A stretch of 64,000 nucleotides of DNA from an uncultured Candidatus Peribacteria bacterium (GCA_964611095.1 CAZSWJ010000003.1:17796-81795), one strand, 5' to 3'. Shown: positions 36,213 to 46,029, counted from the first letter of the stretch. The notes: generated by a model not told the origin, from the sequence alone. Numbers and translations: made by a program.

Positions 36213-36608
36213 TTACGCGTCTTCTCCCTGCACCTCGTCTTTCTTCAGCTGCTCATCGGCTTTTTGCTGCGCCTGAGCCTGCTTCGTCATCTGCGTCACG
36301 TCGGGCTTGGCGTCGGCCTTCATGGTCTGTGATTTGATTTCCTGTTCACGCGTCTTGGTGCCGCCTTTCACGGGAGCGGCATCTTTCTGGGCTTGCTGAT
36401 CCTTGAGCTGCTTTTGATCTTTGTCGCTCACTTGTGACTTGAGGAGCGCGAGCTGCAGCGACTTGAGATCGGCGCCCGGCTTGTTGGCCTCGTCTTTCTT
36501 GCCCTGCTTTTCCAGCTTGGCCTTGAGCGCCTTGCGCTTGGCTTCGTGCGGGGACTCCAGGTAGTCCGCGGAGGAAGGGCTGACGTCGGCTTCGTCGTTG
36601 AAGGGCAT
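36213..36608 (-). CDS. hypothetical Lys/Gln/Asp-rich low-complexity protein
   Basis: ATG at 36608 (MPFNDEADVSPSS...KQLKDQQAQKD...). The upstream part of the track ORF is not supported. Confidence 0.45.
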   Translation of the reverse strand: MPFNDEADVSPSSADYLESPHEAKRKALKAKLEKQGKKDEANKPGADLKSLQLALLKSQVSDKDQKQLKDQQAQKDAAPVKGGTKTREQEIKSQTMKADAKPDVTQMTKQAQAQQKADEQLKKDEVQGEDA

Positions 36609-36647
36609 GTGAAACAGTATACAAGATGAGGGACGGAAAGTGTTACC

Positions 36648-37097
36648 ATGGTGGCCGTGCATCAGACTTTTCAGTTTCTGCTTCGACCGTGGTCCGTTTT
36701 TTTCTTGGTCGTGTGCACGGCGATCGTCACGACGATGATGCTGCCGGCCGTCTTCGGCATGGAACTCTTCACGCAGTGGGGTGCCATGTACACCGACAGC
36801 TGGTGCTCGATACGCGTGTACGACGGCGATCCGCTCAAGCCCGAAACGCACACGATGAACGTGACGGCAGGCATCACCGATACGAGTCCGGTCTGGAGCG
36901 CCCCCATGCATAACGAGGAAACCTGCACGATGTACGCCCGCAACATCCTGTGCGGGCAAAAATCCACCGAAGGCTGGACCATCGTCTGGGCCAGGCCGTT
37001 CTTCAAAGGAAAGTATTTCCTCGATCCGCAGAACGTCTGCGATCTGACCCTCGGATCCTACGAGTGGTTTTCCCCCGTTCCCGCCGTTGTCCGCTGA
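36648..37097 (+). CDS. hypothetical protein with N-terminal TM anchor
   Basis: 149-aa ORF. WSVFFLVVCTAIVTTMMLPAVF helix and 4 Cys. Confidence 0.5.
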   Translation: MVAVHQTFQFLLRPWSVFFLVVCTAIVTTMMLPAVFGMELFTQWGAMYTDSWCSIRVYDGDPLKPETHTMNVTAGITDTSPVWSAPMHNEETCTMYARNILCGQKSTEGWTIVWARPFFKGKYFLDPQNVCDLTLGSYEWFSPVPAVVR

Positions 37098-37929
37098 ACC
37101 CCGCTATCCGTCGGCTCTGTGGTGCCGCGTGGCACAGCTGTTCGTGGGTTACTTCTTCGCGTCGGCGGCGTACTTCAAACTCACGGACAGCTTCTTCGGC
37201 CTTAAGACCGCTACACTCGGCAGCATTTTCCAGGGCTGGATCGAATTGAAGTACCCCGTGAGTTGGTACGTGCCGTTCATGGAATTCGCACTTCCGCACA
37301 TCGCGGTCCTCGCGATACTCACGATCGCGATTCAGTTCGCTGCGGGCATTGCGCTGCTCTACGACGCCAAAGTGAAATGGTTCATGATTCCGCTCTTTTT
37401 GGTGCAGCTCAACATTCTGCTCGCCGTCTGGCACGGCCACGGTTTCATCGTCTTCGTCGGCATTTCGCTGTGGCTGTGCGGATACTATTTTTTCCGAGAC
37501 ACGATGACGAACCGTACGTGGACCATACTCACGTTGTGGCTGGCGTTCTACATGCTCTTTCTGATGTGGGATCGATATCTGATCGGTGACGCGTCCCCCG
37601 CATCGTTTGCATGGCAGTTCCAACATTTTCAACATGATGTGATGAGCACCACACCGGCGCTCAAGCACTGGATCGTCGCATTCACCAAGACATCGGCCGG
37701 GCAATTCCTGTGGACCGCAAGTTGGTGGATCACCTTGGTACTGGGGCTCGGCATGCTCATTCCCCGTATTCGGCTGTACGCCGGGGCGGGAATGCTGGTG
37801 TACGTCATCTGCAGGACCCTCATGTGGACGACGGCCGTCACGAGCGAAGGAACGCTGTGGGTGCTCGTGCTCTTCGTGTGGGTCGCCGAAGAAGAAAGGC
37901 GAAAGAGGGAGCTGTCATCCAAAGTTTGA
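37087..37929 (+). CDS. hypothetical polytopic membrane protein
   Basis: About 7 hydrophobic helices. TTG start; the start is uncertain. Overlaps the upstream stop by 11 nt. Confidence 0.5.
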   Translation: MSAEPRYPSALWCRVAQLFVGYFFASAAYFKLTDSFFGLKTATLGSIFQGWIELKYPVSWYVPFMEFALPHIAVLAILTIAIQFAAGIALLYDAKVKWFMIPLFLVQLNILLAVWHGHGFIVFVGISLWLCGYYFFRDTMTNRTWTILTLWLAFYMLFLMWDRYLIGDASPASFAWQFQHFQHDVMSTTPALKHWIVAFTKTSAGQFLWTASWWITLVLGLGMLIPRIRLYAGAGMLVYVICRTLMWTTAVTSEGTLWVLVLFVWVAEEERRKRELSSKV

Positions 37930-37944
37930 TGCTGATCGACTACA

Positions 37945-37974
37945 TGCACATCAGTGCCCTTGTAGCTCAGCTGG
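37945..37974 (+). pseudogene. orphan 5' fragment of tRNA-Arg(UCG) with 8 nt of leader (30-nt exact copy)
   Basis: TGCACATCAGTGCCCTTGTAGCTCAGCTGG is identical to 38042-38071. Confidence 0.85.
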
Positions 37975-37978
37975 CCCA

Positions 37979-38002
37979 GCTTTGCGGCAGCAAAGCGTTT
38001 TT
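37979..38002 (+). terminator. rho-independent terminator
   Basis: GCTTTGC-ggca-GCAAAGC followed by GTTTTT. Confidence 0.65.
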
Positions 38003-38052
38003 AAAAAAGCGCCTGCGCGTTCTTCGAAGAATCCACTACAATGCACATCAGT

Positions 38053-38129
38053 GCCCTTGTAGCTCAGCTGGATAGAGCGCCTGGCTTCGGACCAGGAGGT
38101 CGTGGGTTCGAATCCTGCCGGGGGCACCA
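38053..38129 (+). tRNA. tRNA-Arg (anticodon UCG)
   Basis: GCCCUUG/CGGGGGC acceptor (two G:U pairs), CCUGG-CUUCGGA-CCAGG anticodon arm, GUGGG-UUCGAAU-CCUGC T arm, ACCA end. A TACAAT box lies 10 nt upstream. Confidence 0.88.
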
Positions 38130-38161
38130 AGCACTTCTCAGTCTGTATAAGTAGCGGGGAA

Positions 38162-39370
38162 CTACACGCTCTTCAATTTATGATTCATTTTGGTTTTCTT
38201 GGTTTTAAGATATTTTCGCTGCCGTTCGCTCTTCGGTGCCACTTCGATGGGCATCTGCTTCACAATCTCGAGTCCGTAGCCCTCCAGTCCCACGACTTTT
38301 TTGGGATTGTTCGTGAGGAGCTTCATTTTGCCCACACCCACGTCCTTGAGGATTTGGGCACCGACACCGTATTCGCGAAGATCGTCGGGGAGCCCGAGCG
38401 CACGGTTGGCATCCACGGTATCCATGCCGAGGTGCTGGAGCGCGTAGGCGCGGATTTTGTTGGCAAGTCCGATGCTGCGGCCTTCTTGGCGCAGGTACAC
38501 GACGACACCCTTCTTTTCTTTGGAAATCATTTGGAGCGCCAAATTGAGTTGCTCGCCGCAATCGCAGTGGCGCGAGTGGAACACATCGCCCGTGATGCAC
38601 TCGGAGTGCACGCGCACGAGCACCGGAGTTTTTTCATCGAAGTCGCCCATCTTCATGGCGACGTGCTCGCGGCGATTCATATCGGTATAGACCGAGATCT
38701 CGAACATGCCGTACTCGGTCTCCAGCTGGCTGCGAGCGGAGAGCAAAATGAGCGACTCGCGACAACGGCGGTACGCGATGAGGTCCTTCACGGCGATGAG
38801 CGGAATCTTGTGTTTCTTGGCGAAGGCCTTGAGCTCGGGCAAACGCATCATCGTGCCATCTTGCTTCATGAGCTCGCTGATGACGGCGCCTTCGCGCAGT
38901 CCCCCAAGGCGACACAAATCGACCGACGCTTCGGTGTGACCCGAACGCCAGAGTACGCCGCCGTCTTGGGCGCGAAGCGGAAAGACGTGTCCGGGCCTGC
39001 TGAGGTCGTCGGCCGTTGCTTTGCGATCGATGGCGGTACGAATGGTGTGGGCACGATCGGCGGCAGAGATTCCCGTATCGATGCCGTCCTTGGCCTCGAT
39101 GCTCACGGTGAACGGCGTGGCACGCTTGCTTGTGTTGTGGAGCACCATTGCGGGCAGGTCCAACCGATCGGCGATTTCGTTGCTGAGTGCAAGGCACACG
39201 ACTCCGCCGGTATTGCGGATGATGAACGCCAACTTTTCGGCGGTCGCATGTTCTGCGGCAAGAACCAAGTCACCTTCGTTCTCGCGCCCTTCATCATCGA
39301 CAACGATGACGAATTCTCCTTTTTTCAGCGCCTGAATCGCCTGCTCGATGAGAGAATCATTTTTCTTCAT
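38162..39370 (-). CDS. ribBA: bifunctional 3,4-dihydroxy-2-butanone-4-phosphate synthase / GTP cyclohydrolase II
   Basis: VVDDEGRENEGDLV, RPGHVFPL, then RVHSECITGDVFHSRHCDCG. Confidence 0.95.
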   Translation of the reverse strand: MKKNDSLIEQAIQALKKGEFVIVVDDEGRENEGDLVLAAEHATAEKLAFIIRNTGGVVCLALSNEIADRLDLPAMVLHNTSKRATPFTVSIEAKDGIDTGISAADRAHTIRTAIDRKATADDLSRPGHVFPLRAQDGGVLWRSGHTEASVDLCRLGGLREGAVISELMKQDGTMMRLPELKAFAKKHKIPLIAVKDLIAYRRCRESLILLSARSQLETEYGMFEISVYTDMNRREHVAMKMGDFDEKTPVLVRVHSECITGDVFHSRHCDCGEQLNLALQMISKEKKGVVVYLRQEGRSIGLANKIRAYALQHLGMDTVDANRALGLPDDLREYGVGAQILKDVGVGKMKLLTNNPKKVVGLEGYGLEIVKQMPIEVAPKSERQRKYLKTKKTKMNHKLKSV

Positions 39371-39447
39371 GAGGACTGATGATACCACGATGCAAGGCCT
39401 TGTGCAGGCCTGCATCGATAAAATAACGAAGGGAAATCTTTACGAAC

Positions 39448-40815
39448 CTATTGCCACTTAATGGTGTAAGTGAGCTTCGCGGCGACGTTGGAGCCCGTGC
39501 CTTTGCGTCCCACGCCCACGATGTACGAGTCCCCGGGAACGAACGTGTACGGCGATCCGCACTGCGGTCCGCTGAAACCATACTGGTCCACGGATGCCGG
39601 CGTGTAGATGATGCAGTTCATGTCTTCGGGAGAGGAGAGCATCACGGTCGCGATTTGTTCCTTGGTGACGCTGAACTTGTACCAGTCGTAGTAATCGTTG
39701 GCCTCGAGTGTGGCGACGTACGGTCTGTTGAAGAGCATCTTCACGGCATCGAGGAATCCGTCGTTACCGTCCGACGTGCCGCCTTTGGCGCTGAGCTTGT
39801 ACGGAACGCTGGCCACGGTGGGCTGAATCTGGAGCTGGTATTTGCCCGGACCCACGGCGACGTTCATGTCACAGCTGTTCGTGGATTGCACGCCGAGGTA
39901 ATACTCGGAGGTGAATCCATCGTCACCGATGAGGTACAAGCGGCACGAGACGTCGGACGGGTAGTAACCGTAGATCGTGGTGTTGAGCGAGAAGACGGTG
40001 CGTGCAGCGGTGAGCGTGAAGAGGTAGCTCACGGACTTGCGACCCGAGAAACTGTCCGAATCGGCGAACGGGAAGCTGACGCTCTTGAGTACCTCCGTCG
40101 GTGCCGAGGAACTGCTGGAGGACATCGCGGAGCTGCTCACGGACGAGGAGGAGGATGAAGACGACGAGGAAGACTGGGCCTGAGCTTTGCCGTTCATCGC
40201 ATTGAAGATGTAGGCGGCGGCTTCACCGCGACTGAGCTCTTTGTCCGGGTAGAAGCGAGCTCCGGCCTGTCCGTTGACGGGCAGTACGCCCACTTTGTAT
40301 GCGGCGCTGATGTACTTGCTGTACCAGGCGGATACGGAGATATCGACGAATTTGATGATGTCCTGGTCCTGGGCGGAGATGTCGCCGACGGGGAGACCGA
40401 AGACGGTGAAGATCATCTTGAGAGCTTCGGTGCGGCTCACGGGGCTTCCGGGACGGAACTTGCCGTCGCTGTAGCCTTGGACGAATCCGTTTTCCTTGGA
40501 TGCCGCGTCGCAGACGAACGCCTCGTACCAACTGCCGCGCTCCACGTCGGCGAAGCAACCCACGTAGATGGCTTTGGGCTGGCGGTTCGTTGCGGTGTAG
40601 AGGAGCTTGAGGAACTCGGCGCGGTTCACGCTCTTGTCCGGGTAGAAGTTGCCGTCGGGGTTTCCTTTGACGATGCCGCCGCGTGCGAGTGACTCGATTT
40701 CACCTTTGAACGGGTGAGAATCGGTGACATCGGGGAAAATTCCCGCCGCACTCACGAGCATCGGGAGGGAAATGAGAGCGGAGACCAGGAGTCCCGCGAG
40801 ACGTCGGTGAGACAT
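39448..40815 (-). CDS. SLH-domain cell-surface protein with poly-Ser linker and C-terminal PPC-like domain
   Basis: Signal peptide, three SLH repeats (FPDVTDSHPFKGEIESLARGGIVKGNPDGNFYPDKSVNRAEFLK...), [22 protein letters not shown], and YDWYKF... Confidence 0.8.
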   Translation of the reverse strand: MSHRRLAGLLVSALISLPMLVSAAGIFPDVTDSHPFKGEIESLARGGIVKGNPDGNFYPDKSVNRAEFLKLLYTATNRQPKAIYVGCFADVERGSWYEAFVCDAASKENGFVQGYSDGKFRPGSPVSRTEALKMIFTVFGLPVGDISAQDQDIIKFVDISVSAWYSKYISAAYKVGVLPVNGQAGARFYPDKELSRGEAAAYIFNAMNGKAQAQSSSSSSSSSSSVSSSAMSSSSSSAPTEVLKSVSFPFADSDSFSGRKSVSYLFTLTAARTVFSLNTTIYGYYPSDVSCRLYLIGDDGFTSEYYLGVQSTNSCDMNVAVGPGKYQLQIQPTVASVPYKLSAKGGTSDGNDGFLDAVKMLFNRPYVATLEANDYYDWYKFSVTKEQIATVMLSSPEDMNCIIYTPASVDQYGFSGPQCGSPYTFVPGDSYIVGVGRKGTGSNVAAKLTYTIKWQ

Positions 40816-40879
40816 GTGAGGAGCGAGAAATGTTATTGGCTCGCACGTTATCTTGAACACTTCTGTTGTACAAGATTCC

Positions 40880-41353
40880 TCAACTCAATTCCTTGAGATG
40901 CGCAAGTGAACTGAGAAACGTGGTGGCGGCCAACCGTCCTTTGGCTCCCGGACCGATGGAACGGGCGCGCGCATCCTCCTCGTTGTTCACGAAAAGCACC
41001 TCGTACGTGATTGGTTTTTTGAGTCGAAGTTGAATATCCATGATGCCGCGAGCCGACTCTTCGGCGATGAGACGGGCGTGGTGCGTGGCACCCTGGACGA
41101 TGATGCCAAACGCGATGGCACCGTCCGCACCGGCTTCCAGAGCGGCTTGGCAGAGAAGCGGGATTTCGTACGAACCGGGCGCATCGATGACGCCGATGTT
41201 CTCATTCTTGATCCCCGCTTCCACCAAGCCCGCGACGGCATCTTTCACGAGCGACGACGTCATCTCGCCGTGCCACACGGAACGGACGATGGCGATCTTC
41301 CACGAGGGATCCACCGTGATCTTGCCGAATTCGGGAACGCTACTTTGTGACAT
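40880..41353 (-). CDS. ribH: 6,7-dimethyl-8-ribityllumazine synthase
   Basis: IAIVRSVWHGEMT, VIDAPGSYEIPL, FGIIVQGATHHARLI. Confidence 0.9.
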   Translation of the reverse strand: MSQSSVPEFGKITVDPSWKIAIVRSVWHGEMTSSLVKDAVAGLVEAGIKNENIGVIDAPGSYEIPLLCQAALEAGADGAIAFGIIVQGATHHARLIAEESARGIMDIQLRLKKPITYEVLFVNNEEDARARSIGPGAKGRLAATTFLSSLAHLKELS

Positions 41354-41906
41354 GTGCACGGAGAATGTACTTCCCAACGACGTCCGTCTCAAGGTTCACG
41401 GTGTCCCCGGCTTTGAGCGAGCCGAGCGTGGTGTTCTCGAGCGTATGTGGAATGAGTGCAACGGTGACCTTGTCGGCATCGAGTGATGCGACCGTGAGCG
41501 CCACGCCATCGATGGTGATGGAACCGTGGTGCACGATGTAGCCCAGAAGATGCTGCGGAACCGAGACGCTGAGCATCGTGTCTTTGAGCGACAAAACTTT
41601 TCCCGTTCCTTCGATGTGCCCGAGAACGATGTGACCCTCCAGCCTGCCATCGGCTCGGAGTGCGCGTTCCACGTTCACGGAATCCCCCGTCTTGAGTGTT
41701 CCGAGTTTCGTTTTTTGGAGTGTGGTCGGAACGACATCGAATGACATCGAGGCGTCATCGAATTCGGTGACGGACAAGCACGTCCCGAGCACGGCGATGC
41801 TGCTGCCCACTTTGATGTCATCGAACGACTCGGGGCGGGAAAGAACGAGAACGTTCTTTTTGGCTTCCAGGACGGGCACGACGGCTTCGATGATTCCGGT
41901 AAACAT
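41340..41906 (-). CDS. ribE: riboflavin synthase alpha chain
   Basis: MFTGIIE, two lumazine-binding repeats (GSSIAVLGTCLSV / GSITIDGVALTV). Confidence 0.92.
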   Translation of the reverse strand: MFTGIIEAVVPVLEAKKNVLVLSRPESFDDIKVGSSIAVLGTCLSVTEFDDASMSFDVVPTTLQKTKLGTLKTGDSVNVERALRADGRLEGHIVLGHIEGTGKVLSLKDTMLSVSVPQHLLGYIVHHGSITIDGVALTVASLDADKVTVALIPHTLENTTLGSLKAGDTVNLETDVVGKYILRAHVTK

Positions 41907-41934
41907 AGAGGTGCATGGTAGCAGATTCCGGCTC

Positions 41935-43089
41935 CTAGAGCACCGCTTTTACCTTCTCGCAGAGCTCCGCGATGCGCTTGAGCGGAATGCCCGCGATATT
42001 CACGCGGCCGTCCAAAGGTACGAACGCGTTGTGCTCGGTCTTGAGGCGCGTCACTTGCTCGGGGCTGAGCGGGAGAATGGCGAACATGCCGTAGCCGCTG
42101 AGTGCGGGCGTGCACGATGCAGGGAGTCCTTCGATGAGGAGTTTCCTCTTTTTACTCATCATGGCGCGCGCTTCGGCCAAATCTTTCAGCCACTCGGTGC
42201 GATACTTTTCCTGCGTGAGTGCGACGACGGCTTGGCCGAAGGTCGGAGCGGCGGAATGGAGTCCGCGCGAGATGACGGAGTAGGTTCCCTCCACCGTTTT
42301 CTTTTCGTCCTCTGAACTGACGAACGCGGCGGCAAGCCCCGTGCGAAGTCCGTAGATGGAATGGTTCTTGGACGCCGACCACGTGACGAGCGTCGTGAGT
42401 CCGGCGTCGCGACAAAGACGAATGGCCACGGCATCGGCTTCGGGCTCACCTTTGAATCCTTGGTACGCGAAGTCGAGAAGCACGACGCATTCTTTCGTTT
42501 GCAGAACATTGATGAGCGCGGGCCAATCGGCATCGGTGAGATCGAGACCCGTGGGATTGTGGCACCCGACCTGGAGCATGATGCCGAACTTTCCGCTCTG
42601 TTTTTTGATCGTGTCGACGATGGCATCGATGCTCGCTTTTTTATTCACCAAGTACGGCGTTTCGATGACGGCGAATCCCGCCCATGTGCAGACGGGCATG
42701 TGGTTGGCCCAGGCCGGCATGGGGAGGATGATATTTGGCTTGTCTTGGCCAAGAAGCATGCTCATGAGCCGCAGGTTGATGGCAAGTGCTCCGGTACCGC
42801 CCGTGGAAGCGATGGACGCGACGATATCGGAATCTTTGGCAATGAGTTTATGAACAGCGGTTCGATAACTCGACAATCCGGTGAGAGGCGGATACGCGCA
42901 GTTGAAATCCTTGAGCGACTTCCCGAGTTCTGCCATGGCCTTGCCGACGCTCGGAAGCATGAGCGGTTTTCCGTCTTCATCCATGTAGACGCCGAGCGTC
43001 CCGTCGATGCATGTCGGTCCCGCCGCCCGCGCCTCGGCCGCGATCGCGAAGAGCGGATCGGGTTTTGCCGGAGGTAAGGAGGAGAACAT
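41935..43089 (-). CDS. aromatic/aspartate aminotransferase (class I, TyrB/AspC-like)
   Basis: MFSSLPPAKPDPLFAI...GTLGVYMDEDGKP parallels the TyrB N-terminus. PLP lysine in SASKNHSIYGLRTG. Confidence 0.85.
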   Translation of the reverse strand: MFSSLPPAKPDPLFAIAAEARAAGPTCIDGTLGVYMDEDGKPLMLPSVGKAMAELGKSLKDFNCAYPPLTGLSSYRTAVHKLIAKDSDIVASIASTGGTGALAINLRLMSMLLGQDKPNIILPMPAWANHMPVCTWAGFAVIETPYLVNKKASIDAIVDTIKKQSGKFGIMLQVGCHNPTGLDLTDADWPALINVLQTKECVVLLDFAYQGFKGEPEADAVAIRLCRDAGLTTLVTWSASKNHSIYGLRTGLAAAFVSSEDEKKTVEGTYSVISRGLHSAAPTFGQAVVALTQEKYRTEWLKDLAEARAMMSKKRKLLIEGLPASCTPALSGYGMFAILPLSPEQVTRLKTEHNAFVPLDGRVNIAGIPLKRIAELCEKVKAVL

Positions 43090-43121
43090 GGACCTGGACA
43101 TAAAAAGAGGGAAAGAAATAA

Positions 43122-43907
43122 TTACCACTGGCCGAGAACATCGACCGTGGCGATGGAACGCAAATCTTTGAGCGTCTGGACCGCTTTGGGCTCATCGGGG
43201 CTGCCTTGGAAATCGATGAAGAACACGTAGTCGCCGAACTTGGTTCCCGCAGGGCGGCTTTCGATGCGCGTCATGTTGAGGTCGTACACTTTGAACGGCA
43301 CGAGCAAGTCGTGGAGTAAACCCGGGCGATCCACCTTGGGCTGAATGACGATCATCATGTGCGTGCGCTTTTTTCCGGGCATGGGATCCTCTGCCGAAAC
43401 GACGGCGAAGCGGGTCGTATTGCCGTCACCTTCGATGTCTTCCGAGATGACGGTGAGCCCATGCTTTTTCAAAACCGCTGCCGATGCGATGGCACCGACC
43501 GACGGATCTTTGGCGGCAAGTTCTGCAGCCGATGCGGTGCTGCTCACGGACAAGTGTTCGGCCTGCGGATACTTTTCTTTGAGCCACTTGCGGCATTGCC
43601 TCAGCGCCTGGGAGTGAGAGGCGATTTTCCTCACCGACTGGGGCTCCTTGGCCCCAAAAGCATGCTTGATAGACAGGTCCTGCGTGCTCCAGATACGCAC
43701 CTTGGATTCGCGGAGTAAATCCAGAATCTCATCGATGGAACCGTGCAAACTGTTCTCGATCGGAACGATGCCGATGTCTTTGGGATGTGCGGACAAAAAC
43801 TCGAACAGCGCATCGAAATTCGGCTCGAATGTCACGGGTTTGCCCGGAAAGATTTTCTCGCACGCTTCGTGCGAGAACGTGCCGGCGGGACCGAGTGTGC
43901 GAATCAT
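43122..43907 (-). CDS. pheA: prephenate dehydratase (PDT + ACT domains)
   Basis: LGPAGTFSHEA, TRFAVV, TRIESRPAG...YVFFIDFQG. Confidence 0.92.
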   Translation of the reverse strand: MIRTLGPAGTFSHEACEKIFPGKPVTFEPNFDALFEFLSAHPKDIGIVPIENSLHGSIDEILDLLRESKVRIWSTQDLSIKHAFGAKEPQSVRKIASHSQALRQCRKWLKEKYPQAEHLSVSSTASAAELAAKDPSVGAIASAAVLKKHGLTVISEDIEGDGNTTRFAVVSAEDPMPGKKRTHMMIVIQPKVDRPGLLHDLLVPFKVYDLNMTRIESRPAGTKFGDYVFFIDFQGSPDEPKAVQTLKDLRSIATVDVLGQW

Positions 43908-44752
43908 CGTGAGAGAGAAAGAAGGGTACGAATGCAGGCCTCGCTGTGCTCGCGAGCGGTCTTGAGATGCGGTGCGAAAAATTTCTTGGATCGTGCGTAG
44001 TGTTTTTCGGCACCCGAGATGTCCCTGCGCTCGGCGAGACGGATGTACTCCGTGATGCGCTTCTGAAGAGACTTGAGAATTTTGATGGTCTCGGGATTCC
44101 TGAAGATGATCGGCATGTAGAGCCCCGCGTGATCATCGAGAAAACGACCGATGACGTTGAATTCAAGCTCGTACGTCGGCGTGCAGGTTTTGAGGACTTT
44201 CGTGAGATCGACGCCGAGGTCGCGCATGGTGTCGGCCATGAGGAAACTCTTGAGATGCGGAATGACCTGCACGACGGACATGAGCCGGTCATGTTCCTTC
44301 GGCGTCATGACGACGGTCTTCAGTCCTGCTTTCTTGAGGAGCGATGTGAGTGACGCGACGGTTTCCTTGGAAGCACGTGCCGGACACAGGACGATGGTCT
44401 CGCCCTTGGGCTCGGTACCGGGCCCGAAGAGCGGATGCATACCGATGACCTCTCCCTTTGCCTTGAGCATGGACTTCACTTCGTTCGATTTGAGAGAACT
44501 GACGTCCACGATCAACTGATCCTTACGCTTGGCTTTGATGACTTCGGTACGAATGATGTCGGCTGCATCGGAAAGAGGAACGGCGAAGAGGACGATGTCG
44601 ACGGTCTCCAGAAGATCGGCGGTTTTAAGCTTCGTACCGATATCCGAGACAAGCACGCGGTGCCCGAGAGCCCTGAAGAGAGCCCCGAACTGTCTGCCCG
44701 TGCGGCCCTTGCCGCCGATGATGCCGACGATGTGGCGGGACGTGATCTTCAT
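43904..44752 (-). CDS. tyrA: prephenate dehydrogenase
   Basis: IVGIIGGKGRTGRQFG NAD fold, GMHPLFGP. ATGA overlaps at both ends. Confidence 0.85.
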   Translation of the reverse strand: MKITSRHIVGIIGGKGRTGRQFGALFRALGHRVLVSDIGTKLKTADLLETVDIVLFAVPLSDAADIIRTEVIKAKRKDQLIVDVSSLKSNEVKSMLKAKGEVIGMHPLFGPGTEPKGETIVLCPARASKETVASLTSLLKKAGLKTVVMTPKEHDRLMSVVQVIPHLKSFLMADTMRDLGVDLTKVLKTCTPTYELEFNVIGRFLDDHAGLYMPIIFRNPETIKILKSLQKRITEYIRLAERRDISGAEKHYARSKKFFAPHLKTAREHSEACIRTLLSLSR

Positions 44753-45018
44753 GATCCTTGGACCCGTTTGCTCTCGGATAAAATGAAATCGAGGATGAGG
44801 AGTGCGAGTTCTTCGGACACGCCGAGCGTCTTGGCGCGCTTTTTCCAGATCTCTTTCAGTTCGGCTTCGCGCGATGCGCTTTCGATCTGCATGTCGGCAC
44901 TGCGCTTGAGCTCTTTCATGTGCGCGACGGCACGGAAACGCGTGGCGAGTGCGCGGAGCAAAATCTCGTCGGCATCGTCGATGGCCTTTCGAATTTCCTG
45001 CATGGTGAGTGAGGTCAT
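44749..45018 (-). CDS. chorismate mutase (AroQ type, 89 aa)
   Basis: MQEIRKAIDDADEILLRALATRFRAVAHMKELK helical AroQ pattern. Confidence 0.75.
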   Translation of the reverse strand: MTSLTMQEIRKAIDDADEILLRALATRFRAVAHMKELKRSADMQIESASREAELKEIWKKRAKTLGVSEELALLILDFILSESKRVQGS

Positions 45019-45032
45019 AAAAGAAAAAGGAA

Positions 45033-46025
45033 TCAGCGAGCGTAGGCGCGCTGGAGAAGCAAAGAGTCGGCCAGGACGAGTGCGACCATGGCCTCGAGAA
45101 CGGGAATGACACGCGGAACGATGCACGGATCGTGGCGGCCTTCTTTGGCGACTTGTCCCACGGACGACGACGGCTTGATGCTCACGGTGAGGATGATGTC
45201 CTCGCCCGTGGAAATGCCGCCGAGCAGTCCGCCGAAGTTTTCCGGATTCGCGGCGTATTCGCTGCCGCGCATTTCGGCGGTCTTGAATCCGGCTCCGTAC
45301 GAAAATCCGGTGACGGCACCGATGGTCATGACGGCGTTTGCGAGACGCGACTTCAGTTTTTCGAACACCGGATCACCGAGATCTTTCGGAGGTTTGACGA
45401 TGCGAATTTGGATGAGTCCACCCGTGGAGTCTGCGGCGGCTTTGCACTCCAAAATGTAGGCTTCCATTTGCTTGGCAACGGCGGGATCGGCGCAGCGAAC
45501 GGGGTTCTTTTCGATCGTCTCGGGCTTGAAGACTTTGGCTTCCAGATGACCGATTTTCACGGTATGACCGATGATCTTGGTGGTCTTCGGCAAGATCTTG
45601 CGAGCGATGACGCCGGCGATGACGCGGGACACCGTCTCTCGTCCGGACTGACGTCCGCCGCCGCGATGATCGCGGTGACCGTACTTGCTTTGGAACGTGG
45701 CATCGGCATGACCGACACGCATGACGTCCTTGAGCTTGTCGTAGTCGGCGCTCCTCTGATCCTTGTTCCGTACCGTCACGGTGATGGGCATGCCCGTGGT
45801 CTTGCCCTCGAAGATGCCGGAGAGAATCTCGGGCGCATCGGCTTCGTTGCGCGGGGTCGTGACGGCGCTCTGGCCGGGACGGCGGCGCTCCAGTTCCGGG
45901 AGCAAGTCCTCGATCGTGAGCGGAATTCCGGCGGGACAGCCGTCGATGACGACGCCGAGTGCGGGACCGTGCGACTCACCGAAGGTGGTGATGCGGAGCA
46001 GTGAACCGAAAGAATTGGATGCCAT
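45033..46025 (-). CDS. aroC: chorismate synthase
   Basis: LRITTFGESHGPALG, GRQSGRETVSRV, GGISTGEDI. Confidence 0.95.
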   Translation of the reverse strand: MASNSFGSLLRITTFGESHGPALGVVIDGCPAGIPLTIEDLLPELERRRPGQSAVTTPRNEADAPEILSGIFEGKTTGMPITVTVRNKDQRSADYDKLKDVMRVGHADATFQSKYGHRDHRGGGRQSGRETVSRVIAGVIARKILPKTTKIIGHTVKIGHLEAKVFKPETIEKNPVRCADPAVAKQMEAYILECKAAADSTGGLIQIRIVKPPKDLGDPVFEKLKSRLANAVMTIGAVTGFSYGAGFKTAEMRGSEYAANPENFGGLLGGISTGEDIILTVSIKPSSSVGQVAKEGRHDPCIVPRVIPVLEAMVALVLADSLLLQRAYAR

Positions 46026-46029
46026 AAAA

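Noticed and set aside
41907-41934. Expected FMN riboswitch upstream of ribE (and in the gaps 40816-40879, 39371-39447)
   Set aside because: The gaps are too short (28-78 nt) and lack the conserved RFN core. No riboswitch is called.
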